Program-made: the position numbers and the translations under genes | Part shown: positions 50,701 through 63,208 of the stretch, in pieces | Position numbering within the stretch: position 1 is the stretch's first letter | Layout of the letters: the number at the start of each line of letters is the position of its first letter | Assembly (NCBI GenBank): GCA_021432655.1 | Contig: MU271353.1 | Location: 1-64,000, forward strand | Direction of reading: 5' to 3' | DNA from: Atractiella rhizophila | Taxonomy: Eukaryota | DNA: 64,000 nucleotides | Notes under the pieces: generated by a model | Told to the model about the DNA's origin: nothing | Seen by the model: only the letters and a program-made list of their open reading frames with translations | The model's database searches: none

Positions 50701-53700
50701 TCCCCTGGCAGAGTTGCTTCGACTAGTGGAGCGTAATGAAGCTTTGTATCCAGTCCTAATGGATACCGTAAAGCGCTACGTTGAAATCTTTGAGCGAGAA
50801 ATCGATGAGTGAGTTTAGTGTGTCTCCGCTTGGATTGAACTGAGTGTCGTTCTGTCAGTCAACTTCGAACTGACCTTTTGACGGTTTTGGAGAACTTCAT
50901 TAGTCACGCTGCGGACCTAGACGATTTTGATCAAGGCTGGCGCACCTTCATGCGGCAGTACCTAGCTTCTGTTCAACATATCGTCGGACAGCAAGCTGTC
51001 GTGAAAGCTACAAATGTCTCGGACACAGCAAGTGTACCAACCAGCTTTCTTGAAGAACTGGAGGCTTTGCGATTGAAGGTCGAAGAGCTAAGTGACGAAG
51101 TAATTCATTTTGAAACCATCATAAAATGATGCTGACGTGTGGTTGATTAGCGAACATCCTTGACGAATCAACTGAACGATCAAATAGCAGAGATGAATGC
51201 GCTCAGATCTCTTCCAGCTGAGGTTACCTCTCCAAAACAAAGGCAGCAATCTATGAAGAAGGGCGACAAGGAAGTGAGCCGCCTTTTTGGCAAGCTGGGA
51301 GCTGAACTAATGACGTGACAGAATTTCGCTGGAGTGATACAACGACTGGTTCAAAAAGAAAAGGAAGTCCTGAAACTCCAAACGGAAGTGGAGAGGCTGT
51401 CTCAGAATAGAGAGAAGCTAGAGGATGTATGACCTTCCGTGCATGCCTCCCTGGCGATGGACCCTGACGCTTCTTTGGCAGGCTGAATATTCTAAGAAGG
51501 AACGACTTGAGCGGAATAGGCAATGGACTAACCTCATGGAGGAAATTTCGCGCCACAAATCTCAGGTGCGGCGGACCACTGTTCTTGTCTTTCCTAGACT
51601 CATTAGGATATATAGATCGCCAGTTTGGAGACATTGGTAGAAACCCGGGACAAAGAGATTCGTTACCTGAAGAGGGCCATGGAATCTGTCTATGCGAGGT
51701 TCCAAAGCAATATCAACAGTGTAGCCGATCCTCATTCTCACCCCTCCGAACGAACGTCCCACAATGACAACGACGACGTTGTTTCCCGGACTCTGAGCGC
51801 TCTGAGCGAACGAGAGCTGGAGATTGAAAATTTGAAGAGTACGGTCAAACGTTTACAAGCAGATTTAGGTAGTGCTCGTCTCGCTCTTGAAGTGCGACAC
51901 GACTCTCCCGTCCCTTCTTTGGAAGAACCTACGCCTCCGCCCCAAAACGATCCCCTAACATCCTCTCCTGCGCCTATCCAGAGCTACATCCCCTTACCAC
52001 CACCATTCACGATCAACAACAATATTACACCTCCTTCTTTCACAAGATCACCTGACGAACTAGAGCCTCTACCTCCACCGCCTCCACCACCTCCACCTCC
52101 TCCTGTACTCCATCAACTGACCAACGCATTACCACCGCCACCACCTCCCCCTCCCCCTCCTCCTCCGCCGACACAAGGTATCAGTGTGCCACCATTACCA
52201 CCACCACCACCACCTCCTCCTCCTCCTCCTTCTGGCCACCTTATCCCACCACCGCCACCTCCTTTGCCAGGGGGGAATGCTCCACCTCCGCCTCCACCGC
52301 CAATGCCCAATGGAGGAATTTTGTCACGAAAGCCGGTCACTCCAAAGAGAGATGCACCAAAACTGAAGGTGCGTTCCCAGAGTGACAAGATAAGAGATTG
52401 AGACATTATGGTCAGCCTTTCTTTTGGAACAAACTCAATCCAGTACAAGCAAAGGCGACGATCTTTGGTGATCTGAAACCTGAGCATGCCATTTCGCTAG
52501 ACCTGAAGATCCTAGAGCAGGAGTTTAGCCTAGAGGGTCCGAAACTAAAGAAGGAGAAAGCGGCAGCTTCCAAATTGAAACGACCGAATGTCACGACATT
52601 GCTTGATATTACTCGCGCCAATAACATTGGTTTGCATTCTACCTTTTGCAAAGGCATCTTGCTAAAGCTAGTGCAGCAATAATGCTTTCACGATTGCGAA
52701 TGCCACATCAGGCTATCAAACAAGCGATCATCACCATGGACGAACAAGCTCTTTCTGTCGAAAATTTGAAAGCGATCAAACATTTTACTCCGGCACCTGA
52801 CGAAGTGCTCATTTTCGATGCCCATGTGATGAAGGCTGATCAAAGTATCAGATTCTGAGGATTAAAAGTTTTCAAGGCGATCCATCGTCTTTGTCCTTAA
52901 GTGATCAGTACTTCCTGCTGGTAAATTTCCATTCGCTTGCGAGATTTTGATTAACAACAGGTTAGATAAGCGACATCCCTAGACTCCAGGAACGATTGAC
53001 ATGCATGATATATCGGAGAAGGTTTGAGATGGATATAGAGGAGCTAAAGCCGGACCTTACCACGTTGAGGCGAGCAACTGATGAATTACGCAACTCTTCC
53101 AAATTCCGTGCAGTTCTGCACGTATGTCAATCGTTAGACCAAATCCGAATGCCGCTAACGAACCAGTAGGCTGTATTAACCATTGGGAATACCATCAACT
53201 CAGCTACTTTCCGTGGAGCAGCTGCTGGATTCCGTTTGGAGGACCTCTTGAAGGTATGTTTTCTCAAGCGCAAGGTGACGTCTTACATTCTGTCACAGTT
53301 GAAAGAAACTAAAGCGATCGGTAATTCAAAAGACATTCCGACTCTGTTGCATTATTTAGTGCGCGTTCTCCTGAAGGAGAAGCCATCCCTAGTATCCTTC
53401 TTGGCCGAAGACTCCTTTGTTGATGCAGCCTCTCGAGGTGATTTAGATGGTTATACAGTATGATTGTTGGTTGACATTGATTCCAGTTTCCGCTACGTCC
53501 GTTACGGCTGCTGTCAATAGTCTCACGACAGGATATGAACACCTTCAGTCAGAATTGGAGGCATTGAAGAAGGTCAAGAATGCTCCCGAGGACATCTTCC
53601 GTTCAAAAATGGAAAACTTTGCAACTCAGGCGGAGCCGCTTATAGGAATGCTCAAAACACTTGTCTCAAAGCTGGAGAACGACCTCCATGCATTGATAAT

Positions 53701-54091
53701 TTACCTGGGGGAGGATCCTAGTTCAGTCAAACCCGAAGATATCTTCGCCACTGTCTCCTCTTTCGCCGCTTCCATGCAGGTTCGTTCACCTCAGCACTGG
53801 TCAACGTAATTTTGATTTGTGTGCAGCGCGCCGCCTTTGATATCGCTGAAAACGAGCAGACTAGTGCACGGAAGGCATCTGCGAAGTCCAACCGAGTAAG
53901 TCGCTTCCTTGCAGCTCAGAAATGTTTTTCACAATTTGTAGTTGGGTGTTCCTGACAACCAGAAGCGATCTGTCGGTAAAGGTGGATTTGATGACGCTAT
54001 CAGGGACCTTCGATCAGGAAGCGGCTTACGACGGCAGCGAACTGGTGCAACTCGTCGACCACTGTCCAGGGTGATCTGGGATGGAACTTGA
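47731..54091 (+). CDS. Formin (GBD/FH3, coiled coil, FH1 polyproline, FH2)
   Basis: KHLIALRVRLSTAQLSW, ECIKCLRVLMNTE, polyproline FH1 at ~52070-52300, FH2 PFFWNKL...LLDITRANNI...GNTINSATFRGAAAGF...TLLHYLV, DAD-like GGFDDAIRDLRSG. Confidence 0.92.
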
Positions 54092-54338
54092 AAAACACCG
54101 AACTGTCCTCTATGCTTTGTTTGTAAATCTTCAGTGGTTGTGATTTTCTGTTTTCTTGCTTTCACATGTACTCGAACTGTTTGATAAAAGGTGCAACACT
54201 CTCTAAGCTGTACAACTCTCAGCATGCGACCATGCGACGTTGAAGGTGGCGATTAGTTACTTGCAATTCGTAGACAATACAAAGTTGAGGAGGGAGCAGT
54301 AGGTTGTACAGAACCAAGCAGAGTGGGAGGATAAAGAA

Positions 54339-56341
54339 TCAGTCCCATCCATCCTTACTTCCAAACCTCCTGTACTCCTCCAGCCGGCAGTGTCTCGTCC
54401 TGTCCTTGCCCAAACCCATTGGCTGCTTTCCATCAATGATTGATTCTCCAGGCAAATCCGCCTCGTCAATCGAGATTCGATACCACCCACCGGAGTGGGT
54501 GAGGGCTATGATCTGATCCTGATAGAAAGAGGTCGGATCGTCACCTCGTTCAGACGGTGTTGTTGCCGAGGAAGAAGGGCGAGAATGGGATTGTGATTGT
54601 GAATACGTATGCAGAGCTTCCTTCATCTTTCCTTTCCTAGATGACCCAGAATCAGTACGCTTTCTCTCCATCGGAAACCTTTTCATCTGTATTCCACCAC
54701 CACTGCTGCTGCTTCCATCGTCCGTCCTGTCTAACGAATGCCGCTTGAGGGAAGCGCCTTCTTCCCTTGTATTTACCTCGAGGGATTGCCTCTTGGAAGA
54801 GCTAGCGCTGCTCGTTGCTCTATGTCCTCTCGTGGGAGGTTTCCGAAACATTGAGGGGTCATCGACTCCGAGTTCCCGCTTAACTGATATCCAGGCACAG
54901 AGACAGATATCATCTTCTACTGTTGTCGTTGCACGGTGACCTGCGGTAGCCACAGGCGATGAAGCTTGTTGGGATGAGGTGGGAGGTGGGAGACGAAACT
55001 GAGAGTGGGACCATTCTGAAGAGAAATATTTCGGGAGATAAGGTTTCAGTAGGTTTAGAGGTTTAGTTGGGCTATCACAACATTCCCTCAGTCAGATCAT
55101 GATCCAAAACGAAACAAATACGGGCAAAGGAAAGGTGGACGTACTCGGTACTCGATTCCTTTCTCCCCCTCCTCAAACTTTTCGTATCTCCTAATTCCCA
55201 GACATGTACTGTGCCCTTATCGCTGCTGACGCAGATCGCGCATCCATCAGGTCGAAAGCGTATGCTGAAGATCTCAGCTTCATCAGTCCCCCTCCTTAGT
55301 TCTCTAATCAAACTCGACGTTTCCGGATCCCAAATTCGAATCAGTGTTCCTTTGCTCGATGCAGTGGCGATTAGTGAGCCCGACGGAGTGCAGGTTATGG
55401 CCGCAAGAGCGGTTTCATGCGCCACGATGACTGCGATGGATGGGAAAGGCGGAGCACGCGGGTCTGTATCGTACGATGGCGGTGGGGGCTGTGGAGGACG
55501 ACGAGCGAGCTGGGGTAGACGAATGATCTGGAGTTGACCCTGCTGCCGTCCAGGAAAAGCCAACAGGGTAGCATTGGACGAAGACGCCATGGCTATGAGA
55601 CCTGCATGGAATCAGCGCGAAATGGAGAGATGATTGGAGACTAATGCAGTACCTTTTGGGTTATCCGTTGTCTCGTAGCTCCCCTCCCTCCATACACCCT
55701 CCTCTCCCTTGCCCAGGGCATAAAGCACGACCCTTCTCCTCAGCACCACAGCCAACCGATCATTCCTAGCCGCAAGACCAAGGACCTCTTCACGAAATTC
55801 CAGCTCAAAAATCGCCTTTCCCTTCGCATCATCCCACAATACAACCTTGTTCGGCGGGAAGAGAGGCGAAGGCGGTCCACCGACGAGGAAGAGTAAATTG
55901 GTATGATGCAGAGGAAGGACGATCCGTAGAGACGAGTTTGAGAACTCTGAGCGGTGTTTCGTTCATGCAACAGCAGATCAAGGACGTAAGACTGATGTTA
56001 CAACAGGAGAAGTCATTATGGAAGAACGGTTGCGAGTACAGACAATCTTCGACTTCATGAATCTCGGCAATCCACCACACAGACACCCCACGAAAGTAGT
56101 TTGAAGCAAAGAGCTTACCCCGACGTCCTAATATTCGCAGTGGCCAAGTACCATAGATAACCCATCCGTCAGTAGTTGCAGTGGCGAAAATATCATCATA
56201 TCCTGGCTTGTTGGTAGTGTCATTTTGCTTGAAAGCTGATAATGGTGCGAGAGGTGGGAAGGAAGAGAAAGAAGTAGAGAGATGGATGTTGAGGATTGGT
56301 GTCGGTAGTGGATCGCGTATAACATGAGACGGAAGATTCAT
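54339..56341 (-). CDS. HSV2: PROPPIN WD40 protein (Hsv2/WIPI3-4 type)
   Basis: FPPNKVVLWDD, YETTDNPKG, LAFPGRQQGQLQI, AHETAL...ATASSKGTLIRIW...RELRRG (phosphoinositide-binding motif), SSDKGTVHVW, KYFSSEWS. Confidence 0.85.
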
Positions 56342-56785
56342 CTTATCAAGCTGAACCCTTTGCTGTGTTGCTGTTGGGAATCGTTGAAATCAGGAGAACT
56401 GCCACACACGTGACTCGGATAGGGGAACAAGATGTTATGGAATGGTAGTATAAGTTAATTGCATTGTTGTACATGTTGTCAAATGCTGCACTTCTACTGA
56501 AGTTGAAATGGTGCCTCCATAACGGTGCCGTCTCTTCATCCAAAGGTATCCAGCCGCACATATCTTGACTTGAGATCATGTGCCGCTGAATACTTTTGTC
56601 CGTCTCCGTCTCTCCCATCCCATCTGGTGTGTGCTGTCGTTTGGCTCGAGGTGCATGGTATTGGTAGCCTGTCTATCAGCGATTTCTTGGGATTCCGTTG
56701 AGCAGTAGGTCAAACTGTTCCAGCCAGTCGGGTTCAGCAAGTCGAACGCTTCTAAATCGCAAACGTACAATCTCTTTCTGTTATT

Positions 56786-59700
56786 TTATTTTGCTGACAC
56801 ACATCTGGCTCTCCGTCTCCTCCTGTTATGAGCTACCCATGGGATAGTGATCTTGAGAACGTGGTCCATTGTTTTTGGGTATCGACGATGGCATCTGTCT
56901 AATTGTTTTGCGAATTCCGCTCGTCTCGATAGTCGCAAGATGCACAGACCTATCGAGCGGCTGGTCCTCAGCTGAATGTCCCAAGACCAGTAGCGTTTCG
57001 CAGCTTCGAGCTGGGTGAGCTCCTCTACGAATCGGGACAAGATGGCATCTTGCTCCCATCTTGTATCAGATCTAGAGGAGTGTGATCCTGATGGTAAACT
57101 GGAAGAAGTGGAAGGCATCGCATAAAGGTTCAAGTCTGGTCGCCCTCGAAGAGGGAAGTAAGCCTGTTCTGGATTCCCATCCGTCGATGAGGTCGGAGGA
57201 GGAATGTGACTTGGCCGTTGAAATTCCTGATCGATAACATCAAGGTCAAGTTGACTGATCCTCCACCGTCGTAACGTCTCCTCTTCTACCATCCCGGCCC
57301 GTTGCTTCAGTCGAAGCTGTTCCACCTCTTCCTCCAGACCAGTCGGTGGCATCCACCACGGTTGTGTTCGATCGTACATCGCCTGATAGCGTCGAATGGT
57401 AGGTGTTCCTGCGACTTGGTAGGACATTGTGGCAGGGGAATCCAAGTAAAACAGTCTGTCCCTCCGTGTCGCGACTGTGGCCAAAGCAGCTCTATCAATC
57501 GTTCCCGTTAGCTTGACTCTGTGCATGACATGCACACAGATGGCCAGTGCCTCCTCTAGCCTATTCCTTCTGGCCAAATAGCGAACAATACTATTCCAAT
57601 TTTGTGGCCCGAACCCAAAATTCCCCTTCGTCAATCGCCGCCACATCGTAGGCAAATCTTCAGTCTGTTTGCCCCAGTTTTGAGTATCGATGGTCATAGA
57701 AAGGAGAGTAGCGAGCGAGCTGTCGGGATAGGTGGGTGATGGTATCGTAGATCCCAGAGAATGAGGAATGGAACTCTGTCCCAACGATTCTGGCGTTTCC
57801 GTCTCCGATGAGAACGCTGTTAAGGGTTTAGGCTGTTTAGATGGAGGTGGAGTAGCAGGATCTGAACCGGATTGAGCAGTGAATGCGCCAGTTGGAGCGT
57901 TTGAAGCGTCAGGCAAAAGTGGTGACTGGGGAGGATGTGAAGAAGATGGTGTGATGAAGGACAAAGAGAGTTCTCGGTTTGCAAGAGCCGCTTCATATGC
58001 CGCCTTCAGAACGATAGGTGATCCAGAGGTCCGCCTGGTATTTCGAAACAGCAGCAATAAAAGGCGACAAAACTGTGCGGTGAGTCGGCCACCGTGTTCC
58101 AAGCAGCGCAAGCAGGCGTCGTAGGCGTCGTCAAAGCGATCAGCTTGAAGGTAAGCACGAATAAGTGGATCGTAGATTCGCTGATAGTCTTCCCCACAGG
58201 CGCGCAAGCGATCTAATGAAGAAGAAAGGCCGCATCTCAAATCTTCTTCTTCTTCATACTGCTTGACCAACCGTTCCATAGCCTCGATATCGTTCACCCT
58301 ATCGAAAGATCGAAGGAGGATAGCGAGTGTTTGAGCTGAAGGGAGCACACCCCTAGCTCTCATTCGGTCGTACACGTCGCAAATCTTGTGGTGGTCATCA
58401 GGGTCCGTATAACTATTGAGAAGAATATTATATGTCGTAACTGTGGGTGCCAGGTCGGCTGTACCGTTGTCGCTGAGCAATTCTAGGTAACGAATCAAGC
58501 GCTCAGCTGCAATACGCATGCCCTGCTGAATCATGGCATGCAGGTAAGGCCCGTAGAATTGTGCCGTTGGACGTAATCCCAGGGCCTGCATGTCTTCTAA
58601 AACTTGAGCCACCAATCGAATGGGTGCAGATAGTCTAACGTAGGCATTAAGAATGGCGGTATAGCATGGAATATCTGGTGAAAAGGCTGGCCCAGAGATG
58701 TTTTTCAGCGTCTCGAGTAATTCTATGGCACGACTGAAGGAAGAGGCCCTCAGGTGAACCTCCATGAGATTAACATAGCAGGACATATCAGGAGAGTATC
58801 CGGCTCGTATCATTGCGGCAAAAATTCGTTCCGCAACTTCAATATTGCCATCAACAACGCAAACTCGCAGAAGGCGTCCGAAATCCGAGGCAGAAATCGA
58901 AAATCCAGCTTCCTGTCGACGGCGAAGAAGATTGCATGCGGACCTTAGATCGTTTCGTAAGCAGTGACCTTTCATGAGACGATAAAAATGCCGCTCCTGG
59001 ACAGCATAACCTTCGCCTTGCAAAAGTAAGAGAAGCTGTTCCGCCGCCTCAATATTGTCCACATCGCATAAAGAAGCGAAAGCAGCGTCATAAATTTTTG
59101 GAAGGTCGACAGAACCGTCCGACGGCGCGATTAAAGCCATCTGTCGGGCATCTCTAACTATGAGTGCAATCTCGTTTACTCTTCCTTCAGTTTGACAAGC
59201 CTTGATTTGATGGAGGTAGGCTGCCGTTGTGCATTCAGAAACATATTGTTGTCCTCTGGAGGGAAAGTCGAGGAAAAGTCGAGCCGCAGCATGGTTCCCA
59301 GCAGCTTGAGCATAGCGGATTAGAGTTTGTAGACGGCGTTCCTTCCAACTGAGACCTTCCAAATCTAAATTTTGATCTAAAATGGTGCTCGTATCCCAAA
59401 GAACTTCCTTCGCGAGCTGTAGAGGCGTAGTATAAGAACGAGCGAGTTGTCCCCAAACATTTGGCTCGAAGTCCAACAAGAAACTCGTTTCTGCTGATGA
59501 TGCACATCGAATCCCATCCAAATTTCGAGAGACTGCCGGAATACACAAAAAATCCAAGACCGTCTTCCAAAGAAGGTAAGCACGAATAAGTGGGTCGTAG
59601 ATTCGCTGATAGTCTTCCCCACAGGTGCGCAAGCGATCTAATGAAGAAGAAAGGCCGCATCTCAAATCTTCCTCTTCTTCATACTGCTTGACCAAACGTT

Positions 59701-62700
59701 CCATAGCCTCGATGTCGTTCACCCTATCGAAAGACCGAAGGAGGATAGCGAGTGTTTGAGCTGAAGGGAGTACACCCCTAGCTCTCATTCGGTCGTACAC
59801 ATCGCAAATCTTGTGGTGGTCATCAGGATCCGTATAACTATTGAGAAGAATATTATATGTCGTAACTGTGGGTGCCAGGTCGGCTGTACCGTTGTCGCTG
59901 AGCAATTCTAGGTAACGAATCAAGCGCTCAGTTGCAATACGCATGCCCTGTTGAATCATGGCGTGCAGGTAAGGCCCGTAGAATTGTGCCGTTGGACGTA
60001 ATCCTAGGGCCAGCATGTCTTCTAAAACTTGAGCCACCAATCGGATGGGTGCAGACAGTCTAACGTAGGCATTAAGAATGGCGGTATAGCATGGAATATC
60101 TGGTGATAAGGCTGGCCCAGAGATGTTTTTCAGCGTCTCAAGTAATTCTATGGCACGACTGAAGGAAGAAGCCCTCAAGTGAACCTCCATGAGATTAACA
60201 TAGCAGGACATATCAGGAGAGTATCCGGCTCGTATCATTGCGGCAAAAATTCGTTCCGCAACTTCAATATTGCCATCAACAACGCAAACTCGCAGAAGGC
60301 GTCCGAAATCCGAGGCAGAAATCGAAAATCCAGCTTCCTGTCGACGGCGAAGAAGATTGCATGCGGACCTTAGATCGTTTCGTAAGCAGTGACCTTTCAT
60401 GAGACGATAAAAATGCCGCTCCTGGACAGCATAACCTTCGCCTTGCAAAAGTAAGAGAAGCTGTTCCGCCGCCTCAATATTGTCCACATCGCATAAAGAA
60501 GCGAAAGCAGCGTCATAAATTTTTGGAAGGTCGACAGAACCGTCCGACGGCGCGATTAAAGCCATCTGTCGGGCATCTCTAACTATGAGTGCAATCTCGT
60601 TTACTCTTCCTTCAGTTTGACAAGCCTTGATTTGATGGAGGTAGGCTGCCGTTGTGCATTCAGAAACATACTGTTGTCCTCTGGAGGGAAAGTCGAGGAA
60701 AAGTTGAGCCGCAGCATGGTTCCCAGCAGCTTGAGCATAGCGGATTAGAGTTTGTAGACGCCGTTCCTTCCAACTGAGACCTCCCAAATCTAAATTTTGA
60801 TCTAAAATGGTGCTCGTATCCCAAAGAACTTCCCTCGCGAGCTGTAGAGGCGTAGGATAAGAACGAGCGAGTTGTCCCCAAACGTTTGGCTCGAAGTCCA
60901 ATAAGAAACTCGCTTCTGCTGATGATGCACATCGAATCCCATCCAAATTTCGAGAGACTGCCGGAATACACAAAAAATCCAAGACCGTCTTCCAAAGCGC
61001 GGGGTCGTGGTCGCAATGAAAAGGCAAGGCGAGTAAAACAGCAACTAGCGAATTGTCTCGCTGGGAAGGAGCAGGAGAGTACAGTTCGACGAAGGGAGAG
61101 AAAAAGATGATCATGTTCTGCACAATTGTTGGAGTTAGTTTGAGTGTCCCGAAAGGGTTGACGCGTCGATCAGTCCAAAGTTGCCCTCTTTGGAAATAGG
61201 TCATGAACATGTCAAGCTTTGACTGATATTCATGCCAAACTCGCGATTCTACGGCGAAGACTCTAGCGAGATGCGGATCTTTCATGGTTTCAGTATCAAC
61301 ACTTAAGGAACGAGACATGCGCCAGACTTACAATCTCTCAAGGCTTTCTGCAGATTTATGGAAACTTGACGTAGTCGCGTCAAAGTACCCATGTCCATTT
61401 CCTCTCTTTCTTCGGCCAAAGCTGGTTTTGTTTCCTCCAGTGTTTTGCGAAACTCCCCTAGAAATGCCCCGGTGATCGTCCTACTTGTGGTGGCAAAGGT
61501 CAATGTCTCATGCAGTCTGGGCTCAAAAATAACACACTGGGGACGAGTTCGCGCTACGGGAACATTACCGATTTCCCTTTTCAGTACTTGTTCTTCCTTT
61601 TTCGGAGCGCCTACACCGGACTGTTCGGCTGCACCGTCGCTTTGAGGCAGCTCACCATCGTCCCACTGCGACTTCTGCTCCATGCCTGGAGAGTGTGCAT
61701 CCCCGAACCAGCTCTCCAACACTTCTTTCAGTGCCGCCATCGTCTCTTCCGAGATCCTAGGATCCATTCTCGCTCTCGGTCGAGAGGGGAGGAAGTCAGG
61801 AGGGACGTGACCTTTCTGTCGTTCACGCAGCCGCGCCAAATGTCGCTTCTCCTTGACGGTCAGGACGGACGGAGGGGGTTGTAGAATTCGAAACCCCTTT
61901 GCGCGGTCGGAATGATCTCGAATCGTAGACTGATCGAGTTTTGTTTCGAGGGGAACTTCACTCCTATGTCCTGTCCAACTAGACCGCGGCATTTGTTCCT
62001 CACGCTGCACGGCAGTCACTTGGTCGACCGTAGCATCAGATGGGATCTCAGATTTCAGGTGTGGAACCGTGTCCCTTTGTTGCCAGTCTAGCTCCAGCAT
62101 ACTGATGTCGTATCGTGACGTTGATGAGGAGACATTCCCTCTGGAGGGCAAGTCTGCATTCGTCATGAACGCATCTTTTGCCTCCTCTGGTCCCCCGCCC
62201 TGCTTATATCGTTCCGTTTTTTCTCACGGTCCTTCCAGGTCCAATCCCACTCCGAAGCTTCATCAATTTTCTTCGCTACCTTCTGCAACTCCGCCTGCCT
62301 TGCATCGACCTTTTTCTGCAGCCGCTTCCCCAGTTTCCTCATATGGGAATTCGAGCTCGCATAAAACCTTTTGCTTTCCCTCTTTTCAATCTTCACAAGC
62401 CTGATGTTGGCATGTCTCTCTTCTGCGCTTCTGTAGTCTCGGAGGAGTGGGTAGCGGCATTCACCTATCGAAGAAGGCCGGGGTAAGGGTTGAACGTAGG
62501 AAGCGAGTTGAGACACGTCAAGAGATAAACGGTCGCCATAACAGGAGAAATTGTACTGAAAGGCAGAATGGAATTGAGGTGGACTCCCAATCTGCGCCGG
62601 CTCTGGAAAAGCAGTTTGTCCGTGATAGGATGCATAAGGGTAAGCGTGAGCGTGCGAATAATAATAGCTGTAAGGATTAGAGGTAGGGTGAGGGTACGGG

Positions 62701-62900
62701 TTTGAGTCGACGACGTTTTGGTCAAAGTAGTTGCGATCGATTTTGACGAAGGGTTCATATGGGACCTCAGGCAGTGAAGGATGGGGAATGTGCGGCTGTG
62801 ATTGCGTGAGGCAGAGTGTAGAAGCGAGAGCCCGAAGTGGGAGGTAGCGAAGGGTTTGGACGCGCCAATGCCTAAGAAAGGAAAAAGAGCTCGAGAGCAT
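56786..62900 (-). CDS. Mitochondrial pentatricopeptide-repeat (PPR) protein; internally duplicated and with a frame break near 62217-62222
   Basis: PPR motifs (PDMSCYVNLMEVH, PDIPCYTAILNAY, PTVTTYNILLNSY). An intron at ~61280-61332 links the 61303-62166 ORF to the 1510-aa ORF. Presequence-like MLSSSFSFLRHWRVQTLRYLPLRALAS at 62900. Confidence 0.8.
58148..60997. repeat. Direct tandem duplication, 2 x 1,425 bp
   Basis: Constant 1,425 offset (ORFs 58754/60179, 59235/60660, 59377/60802); junction at 59572. Confidence 0.97.
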
Positions 62901-63208
62901 TCGTCGTAGCGCTTTATGTCACACAACACGCTCACAAAAGTGCCCGATTTTTTCGAAACAGATACGTACCAAGGTATCCCCAAGGCAAACACGCTCTTAA
63001 GCACCTGATATCACTTCCAAACTGTTCCTCCTCTTCAGTGGTTGATGGTTTTGATGCTCTTTTATGTATGTGAGAGAACTAAGTTATCGGATAGTGTTCA
63101 AGTGCGATTGCCCCCGGAACTTTGTCCAAAAATTTTGGTCAGCGAGCTCTTTTATCTCCTCTCTCCTGGCACCCAAGAGGATATCACTCTAGGGTATTTC
63201 AGCCCACA

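Noticed and set aside
52070..52487. Gly-rich minus-strand ORF and CCN repeats
   Set aside because: Antisense shadow of the formin FH1 polyproline tract.
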